From a virus, in IMG/VR virus record IMGVR_UViG_3300045988_000846, positions 1-18,128 of that record: a stretch of DNA of 18,128 nt, one strand, 5' to 3'. Below are positions 5,109-12,475 of this stretch, piece after piece; positions within the stretch are counted from its first letter, which is position 1; every line of letters starts with the position of its first letter. Position numbers and translations under genes: made by a program. The notes under the pieces are model-generated. The model saw only the letters and a program-made list of their open reading frames with translations, did not search any database and was not told where the DNA came from.

Positions 5109-5122
5109 CTTAAGAGGTGATT

Positions 5123-5467
5123 ATGGACGACATCGAAAACGACGACAGGCCGGACACCACGCCCGACACTGAACCGGACGTGGCCGCTGACGACAATACG
5201 CCGACCCCGGAACCTGAAACGCAGGACGATAACGAACCCGAGGACGCGGGCGACGACAAGAACGCCGACATGGCCGATCGGCTGAGCGCGTTGGAGGCGA
5301 CCGTGGCGGAATTGTCCAAAACCGTTGAGGCGATGCGCGACGCCGCCGCCGACCACGTGCTGAACGATGGCCCCGACGACAATGCAACGCCGGAATCGGA
5401 CGATGAAATGACCGACGACGACTACAACGGCACCTACAGCACGTTCGACGACCTATACGAAGACTGA
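5123..5467 (+). CDS. Putative scaffolding protein (phi29 gp7 position), 114 aa, extremely acidic
   Basis: ATG 5123 follows AAGAGG; the ORF is open from GTG 5117. It has Asp/Glu/Pro/Thr-rich flanks around a helical core (ADRLSALEATVAELSKTVEAMRDAAAD). It lies directly upstream of the major capsid gene. Confidence 0.7.
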   Translation: MDDIENDDRPDTTPDTEPDVAADDNTPTPEPETQDDNEPEDAGDDKNADMADRLSALEATVAELSKTVEAMRDAAADHVLNDGPDDNATPESDDEMTDDDYNGTYSTFDDLYED

Positions 5468-5489
5468 CGATTAGAAAGGAATGACTATC

Positions 5490-7220
5490 ATGGCAACCAC
5501 TCCCGTGGTGACGCCGAAGCAGCAGCTTCGACCGCTCACCGAGTTCAACAACGCTCAGATTCTCAACATGATTCGCAACGAGGCGTCGCCGGAGTATCAG
5601 CGGCGAATGCCCTCGGCCACTCAGATGAACATGGATAGGCAGATGGCTACGCTTATGTCGTCCACCCAGCTTAAGAACGAGTTTTATTCGGCGTTGGTGA
5701 ACCGCATCGGCGGCACCTACGTGAACACGTGGCGTTGGAACAATCCTCTTGGCGTTTTCCAGCGCGCATCGCAGGCGTATGGCGATACGTGGCAGGAAAT
5801 CGCCGTTGGAATGCCTCTTGCGCAGGTCTACGACCCTAATGCGGAATATCTCGGCGCGGATAATTTCCGCAAGTGGAAAATCGACGTGGATTCACTCTAT
5901 CACCGTCTTGACTTCGCTCACTGGTATCCGGCGACCACGGATGACAAGACGTTGCAGCGTGCCTTCACTTCCGAAAACGGTTTGGCCTCGCTCACTTCCC
6001 AGATTCTCACATCCTGCTACAATGCGGCTGAGGTTGACTTGTTCGAGGCCATGTGCCACCAGTTCGTCGAATACGCGAAGCTCGGCGGATATTGGCGCGT
6101 CCATATGGATAACGATCTGAACAACATGGGCAGTTCGGAAACGGACGCCCGCGATATGCTGCGTCAGATTCGCGCATGGGCCGACACGCTTAAATTCGTC
6201 AGCACCAAGTACAACGCCCGTCACATGCCGACCTTCGCCCGTCCGGATGAACTTGTGCTGTTCTGTTCCCCGGAAGTCAAGTCGGCGCTTGACGTGCAGG
6301 GCCTCGCCACGGTATTCCAGCGTACGGACGCGGAGCCGACAATCGACCGGATTATCGTCATTCCGCAGGACAGGTTCGGCATGGATGGCGTGCAGGCCAT
6401 TTTGACTACCGACAAGTTCCTGATTGACATTCCCGTCATCAACGAGATGACCCAGCAGACAAATCCGGTGAACATCAATTCAGTCAACCATTACCTGCAT
6501 GTCCAGCACATCATCTCAGTGTCCGGCTTCGCCCCGGCTGTGATGTTTTGGACGGGCGCCGGTTCCACTGCGAACGTGGTGGCTCCCACCGGCACGCAGG
6601 CTCAGGCGCCGACGTTCCAGCTCAAGCTCGCCATGTATGGCGGCGGCACGACCACGCCGGAGAATGTGGCGCGTGGTGGCGCGGTGCAGGTCACTGCCGA
6701 TACGACCATCGGAAATGACGGTACCGCCACGTTCCGCTCGGATGCGGTTGAGTATCGTATCGGAGACACCGCCAAGCCGAAGAGCGATTACACGTATATC
6801 TCGCCCACCGGCGTGCTCGTGGTCGGCCTTGACGAACCGAACACCACTATCCCGGTGACGGCGACCGCCTTGTACACGAATCCGGCGACGCCGGAAGTGC
6901 CGGGAACCGTGTCCGCGGCTCTGGACGTGCCAGTGGTCGGTGACGGTGTCATCGGATTCAACCCGTCCATCGTCGCGTCCATTGCCGTGACCGTACCGAA
7001 CGTGACCGTAGGACATACGGCGCAGGCCACCGCCGTGGCGACCATGATTGACGGTCGTACCGCCGACGTGACGGCACAGGCGGCATGGACGTCCGGCACT
7101 CCGGCGAACGCCACCGTGTCCGAGTCGGGCGTGGTGACCGGTGTCAAGGCGGGCGGATCTGATATCACCGCCACACTGTTCGGCGTGTCCGGTAAGAAGA
7201 GCGTGACCGTGACGGCGTGA
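5490..7220 (+). CDS. Major capsid protein with C-terminal Ig-like (Big_2-type) domain(s), 576 aa
   Basis: ATG 5490 lies 9 nt after GAAAGGA; ATG 5481 is an alternative. It occupies the position after the scaffold gene, as in phi29 gene 8. The C-terminus TAQATAVATMIDGRTADVTAQAAWTSGTPANATVSESGVVTGVKAGGSDITATLFGVSGKKSVTVTA matches the bacterial Ig-like group 2 pattern. phi29 gp8 also carries a BIG2 domain. Confidence 0.85.
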   Translation: MATTPVVTPKQQLRPLTEFNNAQILNMIRNEASPEYQRRMPSATQMNMDRQMATLMSSTQLKNEFYSALVNRIGGTYVNTWRWNNPLGVFQRASQAYGDTWQEIAVGMPLAQVYDPNAEYLGADNFRKWKIDVDSLYHRLDFAHWYPATTDDKTLQRAFTSENGLASLTSQILTSCYNAAEVDLFEAMCHQFVEYAKLGGYWRVHMDNDLNNMGSSETDARDMLRQIRAWADTLKFVSTKYNARHMPTFARPDELVLFCSPEVKSALDVQGLATVFQRTDAEPTIDRIIVIPQDRFGMDGVQAILTTDKFLIDIPVINEMTQQTNPVNINSVNHYLHVQHIISVSGFAPAVMFWTGAGSTANVVAPTGTQAQAPTFQLKLAMYGGGTTTPENVARGGAVQVTADTTIGNDGTATFRSDAVEYRIGDTAKPKSDYTYISPTGVLVVGLDEPNTTIPVTATALYTNPATPEVPGTVSAALDVPVVGDGVIGFNPSIVASIAVTVPNVTVGHTAQATAVATMIDGRTADVTAQAAWTSGTPANATVSESGVVTGVKAGGSDITATLFGVSGKKSVTVTA

Positions 7221-7228
7221 TATAATGG
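7217..7228 (+). promoter_or_regulatory. GTGATATAATGG box (consensus extended -10) overlapping the capsid stop codon
   Basis: TGaTATAAT at 7218-7226, with the capsid TGA at 7218-7220. The identical 12-mer recurs at 9635-9646. Confidence 0.4.
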
Positions 7229-7232
7229 GAGG

Positions 7233-7313
7233 GTAGCCGGTTGGCTACTCTCTCTCACGGTGTGATGCAGGACAAGGCCCGGAGCGTTATCCACGTGATT
7301 GCTCCGGGCCTTG
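7233..7313 (+). terminator. Two hairpins after the capsid gene (partial terminator/attenuator or 5' leader structure)
   Basis: Hairpin 1 pairs GTAGCC (7233-7238) with GGCTAC (7243-7248), has loop GGTT and is followed by TCTCTCTC. Hairpin 2 is a perfect 13-bp stem pairing CAAGGCCCGGAGC (7273-7285) with GCTCCGGGCCTTG (7301-7313), with a 15-nt loop. There is no clean U tract. Confidence 0.45.
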
Positions 7314-7331
7314 CCATACCGGAGGATAATA

Positions 7332-9638
7332 ATGATCGACGACGCTAACCCTTACGTGGAATCTAATTTTTCTTGGGCGGAATGGACGCCAAACACGACG
7401 TTGAAACTCTGCCGCGTGCCATGGGATGCTTCATACCGTGATATCGTGCGGTTTGTTTCACGTGAAACACAGCGGGAATGGTTCGACGAACTGGACGGCG
7501 TGGAATGCCGTCCGGCCACCATGCATGTTTTCGGCGCCCCCGTTCGTATCGACATGCCATTTAACCAAGCGTCAAACTATAATTACCTTGTCGCCGTCAA
7601 TGATTACCCCGAACTGGAATCGCCACGCGCTTGGTATTATTTCATCGAATCCGTGGAATACATTAACGCGCACGCCACACAACTCACGCTTATGCTGGAC
7701 GTATGGCAAAGTTTCCAGTTTGACGTGAGTTTTGGCAGTTGCTATGTGACGCGCGGCCATATCGGCATCGCCAATGAACGCCAATGGGACGATTACGGGC
7801 GTACCACGCTTGCACTGCCGGAGGGACTGGACACCGGCGCGGAAACCGTCGTTACCTCACAGTCATATACGACGCTTATATCCAGCAAGCCCGCGCAGCC
7901 CGGGTTTAACTCACCAACCTTGGATTATGGTGTCATTGTCGTGGCTACAACCGATCTTGCGGTGTCGGGCGGTAGTACTGAAAAACCGTCGTTGAAAACC
8001 GCGCAAGGCTCACAATTCGAGAATCAATCCAATGGCGCGGGGATTTATTATTTTGACACCGCCGACGATTTCACGCGCGTTATGCAGGCGGGAAGTTCGT
8101 ACCCGTGGGTCACTCAGGGCATTACGGCGATCTACGCCATTCCCAAAATCAGCGCCGACTATATAGCCGACGCCGGTAGAGAGGTAACGCAATTTTTTGG
8201 CAACGACGTGGCCGGCGTGGTTAAAGGGCATGTGTATACGTTTATGTGGGAGGCTAGAAGCGATAACAGGTATGACGATATTGTCTCTATCAAGAATTTT
8301 CGCAATAACTTCAATATCCCCAAACGGTATCATAATCTGAAAAAACTACAGTGCTATCCGTATAGCGTCGTGGAATGTTCGTGCCTGAATGGCTCGAATG
8401 TCATCTATCGACCCGAAGATATCCAGTCCAATGACTTGGTTATCCGCGAAACGTGGAATTACGCGCCGCCGTCTCCGCGTTTGAACTTTTACCCGGTGAA
8501 CTACAATACGTCAGGCGCGCGCGCCGTTTCCTCCCCGTCCGGGAACGGTACCGGGCTGCCGATCGATGGCGGGGAAATGCTTAACGTCAGTTTCGGTATC
8601 ACGAACTTCCCTCAGTTCATGGTGGTGAATAACGGGGCCTCGCTTGCTATGGCGAACAGCGCATACGCTCGCGCATATGCGGAGCAGTCGGCCGGATGGG
8701 CGCAGCAGAAAGCGACCATGAGCGCGGCAAACGCATTATCTCAGGCCGGTACGGCGATTCGCACCCAGCAGGAGATGACCCAACTGGGTATCACCAACCG
8801 TAACGCGCTGAATGCCATCGCGGCCAACTCGCTTAACCAGTCGTTGGCTATCGGGCAGGCGAACACCAACGCCATGACCGACCTGAACGTATCACAAAAC
8901 AACGCGCGAACCGCGTGGGGGCTGATTTCCAATGCGGGTAGCGCATTGGCGTCAGGGAGCGTGGCCGGACTGATTGGCGGCGCCGTCGGCGCCGTCGGCG
9001 GCATCGTGCAGAACGACATCACCAACAAGGGACTGTACGCGAGTCGTGACATCGCCAACGATACGGCAGCTGCAAACACCGCCAACAGTGTGGCGACCAA
9101 CGCGGCGCAAACATCGCAGGCGAACACTTACGCGCAACGCGCACAGCAGATTCAGGGCGCGTCCAGCGCTCTGATGGCCGGGCAGAACTATCGGTTGGCC
9201 ACGCGCTTTGCCGAAGGGGATTATGAGAACTCCATAGCTGGGATCAACGCTCAAGTCCAGCAAATGCAGATGACCCCGCCGACTACGAGCGGTTCGGCGG
9301 GCGGCGACTCGTTCAACCTCGCTAACGGTATTATGGGCGTGTTGGTCCGTTTCCGCACGTGCGCCCCCAGCGCGTTGCGTTCGGTTGGCGAATTCATGTT
9401 GCGTTTCGGGTATTTTGTCCAGCGTTTCGTCACCCCGCCCGCAAGTTTGCAATGTATGGAGAAATTCACGTACTGGCAGATGCAGGAATGCTATATTAAA
9501 GGTACGCTTCCCGAACAGGCGCGGCTAACCATTAAGGGCATGTTCGAGCGTGGTGTGACGGTTTGGAGCAAGCCCGAGTATATCGGCGTGACCGACTGGG
9601 CGGACAATGATCCACTTCCGGGCATTGGCTACGAGTGA
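7332..9638 (+). CDS. Tail knob / distal tail tube protein (phi29 gp9-like), 768 aa
   Basis: ATG 7332 follows GGAGGA; the upstream part of the ORF lies in the hairpin. The N-terminal match is YNYLVAVNDYPELESPRAWYYFIESVEYINAHATQLTLMLDVWQSFQFDVSF against phi29 gp9 [49 protein letters not shown]. The C-terminal match is FMLRFGYFVQRF...FTYWQMQECYIKGTLPEQARLTIKGMFERGVTVW against FFHKYGYKINRV...[34 protein letters not shown]. Confidence 0.88.
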   Translation: MIDDANPYVESNFSWAEWTPNTTLKLCRVPWDASYRDIVRFVSRETQREWFDELDGVECRPATMHVFGAPVRIDMPFNQASNYNYLVAVNDYPELESPRAWYYFIESVEYINAHATQLTLMLDVWQSFQFDVSFGSCYVTRGHIGIANERQWDDYGRTTLALPEGLDTGAETVVTSQSYTTLISSKPAQPGFNSPTLDYGVIVVATTDLAVSGGSTEKPSLKTAQGSQFENQSNGAGIYYFDTADDFTRVMQAGSSYPWVTQGITAIYAIPKISADYIADAGREVTQFFGNDVAGVVKGHVYTFMWEARSDNRYDDIVSIKNFRNNFNIPKRYHNLKKLQCYPYSVVECSCLNGSNVIYRPEDIQSNDLVIRETWNYAPPSPRLNFYPVNYNTSGARAVSSPSGNGTGLPIDGGEMLNVSFGITNFPQFMVVNNGASLAMANSAYARAYAEQSAGWAQQKATMSAANALSQAGTAIRTQQEMTQLGITNRNALNAIAANSLNQSLAIGQANTNAMTDLNVSQNNARTAWGLISNAGSALASGSVAGLIGGAVGAVGGIVQNDITNKGLYASRDIANDTAAANTANSVATNAAQTSQANTYAQRAQQIQGASSALMAGQNYRLATRFAEGDYENSIAGINAQVQQMQMTPPTTSGSAGGDSFNLANGIMGVLVRFRTCAPSALRSVGEFMLRFGYFVQRFVTPPASLQCMEKFTYWQMQECYIKGTLPEQARLTIKGMFERGVTVWSKPEYIGVTDWADNDPLPGIGYE

Positions 9639-9646
9639 TATAATGG
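9635..9646 (+). promoter_or_regulatory. GTGATATAATGG box (consensus extended -10) overlapping the tail-knob stop codon, 6 nt before the portal ATG
   Basis: TGaTATAAT at 9636-9644, with the knob TGA at 9636-9638. The hexamer ends at 9644 and the portal ATG begins at 9651. There is no SD in between, which is consistent with a leaderless transcript. Confidence 0.5.
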
Positions 9647-9650
9647 CAGT

Positions 9651-10601
9651 ATGAGCAGGTCTAAAAAGAATCGAGTCGGCGGCGCGTTGCACCCGCGCGG
9701 CAATTACGCGAAAACACGCGCCGTCACGCTTGATGACATGTATCTTCATTTGCTGATGGAACTCGCGTTGAACCGTTTCAGTTGGCGCGGATTGCCGCCC
9801 ACTGTGGACGAACGTTGGCTGGAAATATGTCTGTGCGAATACGGTTGCGCGCTGTTTTTCGAAGACAAACGTATCGGCAGGTTCCTTGTGACTCAGGCGG
9901 GCTATCAGGGCAGACTGAACGTGTACAATAATCCGACATGCTTCGAGCCGGTAGGCGTCAACTACCATTACAGGCAACTCAAGGCCGGTTCGGAATGCAT
10001 CCCCATTTGGGACAATCGAATGCGCGTCGGATTCAAACCGACATTATGGCAGTACGCGCGACGCCTTGCCGATATCGACAAAGCGTACGATGTGAACTTG
10101 GAGAGTCTTAAACTGCCGACCATCATAACCGCCGACCCCCGCACCAAGCTCACCGTGCAGAACATGCTTCAGCAACGGCAGGACGGTCAGGACTATATCA
10201 TAGGATACGATTCGCTTGACCCCGGCAGTATGTTCCAGCCGTGGCCGAACACCACGCCCTATCTGCTGGATAAGTTTATTCAGCAGAAAGCACAGGTGAC
10301 TAACGAAGTGTTGGGGTATCTCGGCATTCAATCGTCCGGCACGGAAAAAAAGGAACGGCTGATCTCCGACGAAGTTGCGCAGGCCAATGAGAAAACAGAC
10401 GTGTTCCGCTTGAGTTTCCTCAAGGCGCGGCAGGCTGCGGCGACCGAGATTAACCGATTATGGCCGCAACTGAACGTGTGGGTGGAATACGCGGACGCGC
10501 AAAGCTCCGGCGTGCCGAACGCGCTTGATTCAAGCGCAAGCGGTACGACGGATATTGACATGCCAGCATCATACGACGCGGATATCGGAGGTGTATTGTA
10601 A
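9651..10601 (+). CDS. Portal / upper collar connector protein (phi29 gp10-like), 316 aa
   Basis: LALNRFSWRGLPPTV matches phi29 gp10 LAYQLFEWENLPPTI. YLGIQSSGTEKKERLISDEV matches [20 protein letters not shown]. The N-terminus is basic (MSRSKKNRVGGALHPRGNYAKTR), like the pRNA-binding N-terminus of gp10. Confidence 0.93.
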   Translation: MSRSKKNRVGGALHPRGNYAKTRAVTLDDMYLHLLMELALNRFSWRGLPPTVDERWLEICLCEYGCALFFEDKRIGRFLVTQAGYQGRLNVYNNPTCFEPVGVNYHYRQLKAGSECIPIWDNRMRVGFKPTLWQYARRLADIDKAYDVNLESLKLPTIITADPRTKLTVQNMLQQRQDGQDYIIGYDSLDPGSMFQPWPNTTPYLLDKFIQQKAQVTNEVLGYLGIQSSGTEKKERLISDEVAQANEKTDVFRLSFLKARQAAATEINRLWPQLNVWVEYADAQSSGVPNALDSSASGTTDIDMPASYDADIGGVL

Positions 10602-11395
10602 TGGCACAGGATTTTAGCGCCTACGCGATGACGACGCCGGGGGAGTACACCGAAACCCTCGGTAATCTTATCGCATTCGGCTATGATACCGACGACAAAC
10701 TGCATCTTAGCGCCGATTATTACCCGATTTACGACGAATCTCATCGCGCGGAATTAAATGAGAAGATTATCCGCCATTACGCGCTTAGGGAGATAGGACA
10801 GGAAACCGCGCAGCAGTTCGTTTTCTATCTGGGTATGACAATGGCGGAGATCATGCCCTATTTCAACGAACGCTATCGGACACTGGACATGGAATATGAT
10901 CCGCTGGACTCCATGGACATGACAACGGACAGTGAGAGCGACAGCGAATCCCAGTCGTCTGGTAGGGCATCCAGTACGCAGGACTCTAACAGCAGCAGTA
11001 CCAGCAAGTCGGATAATTCCAGCACCACCACGTCAAAGAGTTTCGACAGTGACGTGCCGCAGACCGGCGTCGTGGGCGACTTCGCACGCTACGCGAGCCA
11101 CGCGAACGAGTCGCAGGCGAACAGCTCCGGCACGGCATCCAGTTCTCAGGATTCAACCAGCCACACCACCGCACAAAGCGCAACCGACTACCAGCATGAT
11201 TCAAACAATTCCAAGGGCAAGAGCCATGTGACCGGGCGCAGCCAAAGCGCCATGAGCCTGATACAGGAATACCGGAACGCCATCATCAACGTGGACATGG
11301 AAATCGTACGGAGCCTTGAGCCGTGTTTCATGCAGGTGTGGGGTTCGTATGATACAATATTCAGCAACTGCCATAACTATGGAGAATGGGAGTGA
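10601..11395 (+). CDS. Lower collar protein (phi29 gp11 position), 264 aa
   Basis: The ATG overlaps the portal stop (TAATG) and follows GGAGGTG. Position and size are as in phi29 gene 11. The N-terminal pattern YPIYDESHRAELNEKIIRHYALREIGQETAQQFVFYLGMTMAEIMPYFNERY is typical of lower collar proteins as I remember them. The central part is Ser/Thr-rich. Confidence 0.7.
   Translation: MAQDFSAYAMTTPGEYTETLGNLIAFGYDTDDKLHLSADYYPIYDESHRAELNEKIIRHYALREIGQETAQQFVFYLGMTMAEIMPYFNERYRTLDMEYDPLDSMDMTTDSESDSESQSSGRASSTQDSNSSSTSKSDNSSTTTSKSFDSDVPQTGVVGDFARYASHANESQANSSGTASSSQDSTSHTTAQSATDYQHDSNNSKGKSHVTGRSQSAMSLIQEYRNAIINVDMEIVRSLEPCFMQVWGSYDTIFSNCHNYGEWE
11350..11358 (+). promoter_or_regulatory. Extended -10-like TGaTACAAT inside the 3' end of the collar gene
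   Basis: TG-a-TACAAT at 11350-11358, ~40 nt before ATG 11398. It may drive the fibre module or be a chance match. Confidence 0.25.
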
Positions 11396-11397
11396 CA

Positions 11398-12033
11398 ATG
11401 AGTGCCGTTAATGCACTGGTACCACGGGAACGATTGTTTGACGGAATACCTACATCCGTTCCGTTCACGTATCGGGACGGATTGACCACGTTGCAGTTGA
11501 TTGAATGTCTACGCCATAATCTCGATACCCTCCAATGTGATTTGAGCAGGTTGGAGGGGGTCACTACTGACCTAGCGGTATCCGTGGACAAAACCCTTGC
11601 GGACACCGTGGCGCAGGTCAACAAGTCGATGGACGATTTGCGGGCGGAAATGCTGGCCCTGATTCATGAGATGGAACAACAGGGCGCGGCCACCTCCCCC
11701 GTGTATGGCACCACGCAACCGCTCGGGGATGTGCTTGGCGGCATGTACGATAATGCGCGCAATCACGGATTGTTCTGGGGTGATTATGACGACATGCTGT
11801 TGACCGCGCAGGAATACGACGGGCTTGGACTCGGCGCACGTGAGTACGATCTGAGGGCCACCGCCGTGGATAATTGCGTCCCCGGTGATTTTCCGGGCCG
11901 CCCCCAATTCCCCTACGGGAAATCCATGCCGGAGAACCCCGTGGCGGACATGGCGTTTATCACGCAGTCCGAGGCGGACGCACGCTATGTCGAACGTAAT
12001 CCAACCGCAGACAATTTCGATAGGAAGGAATAA
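11398..12033 (+). CDS. Putative tail/collar-associated structural protein (211 aa), function unknown
   Basis: ATG 11398 follows GGGAG; the ORF is open from 11386. It lies between the collar and fibre genes. It has a predicted coiled segment (LSRLEGVTTDLAVSVDKTLADTVAQVNKSMDDLRAEMLALIHEME). I recognise no family. Confidence 0.6.
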   Translation: MSAVNALVPRERLFDGIPTSVPFTYRDGLTTLQLIECLRHNLDTLQCDLSRLEGVTTDLAVSVDKTLADTVAQVNKSMDDLRAEMLALIHEMEQQGAATSPVYGTTQPLGDVLGGMYDNARNHGLFWGDYDDMLLTAQEYDGLGLGAREYDLRATAVDNCVPGDFPGRPQFPYGKSMPENPVADMAFITQSEADARYVERNPTADNFDRKE

Positions 12034-12038
12034 TTGCC

Positions 12039-12458
12039 ATGACTGCGACCAACAAGACAAAAAATTACAACCTCAGCCAGTTTGTCGGCTCCGACCGTCC
12101 TACGTGGCTCGGAGATTACAACAGCGATATGTCGAAAATCGACGCGCAGCTGAAGCAGAACGCGGACGACATCGCATCAGCAGCAGCCGGTGGCCTCACT
12201 TCGGTAAGCCATACCGCCGACCTTACCGGAAACGGCACATCCGGCTCTCCGCTGGGCGTGGCGAACACCGTCGCAAAGAAGACCGATATCCCGGACGCGA
12301 GCAGATTCGCCACCACCTCCGCCCTCACCTCGGGGCTTGCGGGCAAGGTCGATAAAACCGCCTCGCAGCCAAGCACGCTCGGATTGACGGCGGCTGAACT
12401 TGATTCGATGTACAAGGACGCGAACGGCATCGTCCGCGTTGGTAACGCCGGCGCCTAG
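12039..12458 (+). CDS. Short tail fibre/appendage protein (139 aa) with the conserved N-terminal anchor motif
   Basis: ATG follows AGGAAGGA. The N-terminus NYNLSQFVGSDRPTWLGDYNSDMSKIDAQL is paralogous to the N-terminus of the next gene. It also contains a fibre-like repeat, LTGNGTSGSPLGV. Confidence 0.65.
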   Translation: MTATNKTKNYNLSQFVGSDRPTWLGDYNSDMSKIDAQLKQNADDIASAAAGGLTSVSHTADLTGNGTSGSPLGVANTVAKKTDIPDASRFATTSALTSGLAGKVDKTASQPSTLGLTAAELDSMYKDANGIVRVGNAGA

Positions 12459-12475
12459 GGAAAAGGAAAATAACA

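Noticed and set aside
6516-7294. Long antisense ORFs (166 and 168 aa) opposite the capsid gene. Similar ones lie at 8741-9452 opposite the tail knob, 1956-2411 opposite the SSB gene and 5105-5387 opposite the scaffold gene.
   Set aside because: Open antisense frames are typical of GC-rich coding DNA. Their products are Arg/Gly/Pro-rich with no starts backed by SDs. The sense-strand genes have clear phi29 homology.
7578-7583. Isolated TATAAT hexamers inside genes at 7578, 14533, 16192 and 17712, and TGgCATAAT at 13367.
   Set aside because: They lack the upstream TG or have a poor first base. They are deep inside coding regions with no downstream start codon logic. Some chance hexamers are expected in 18 kb.
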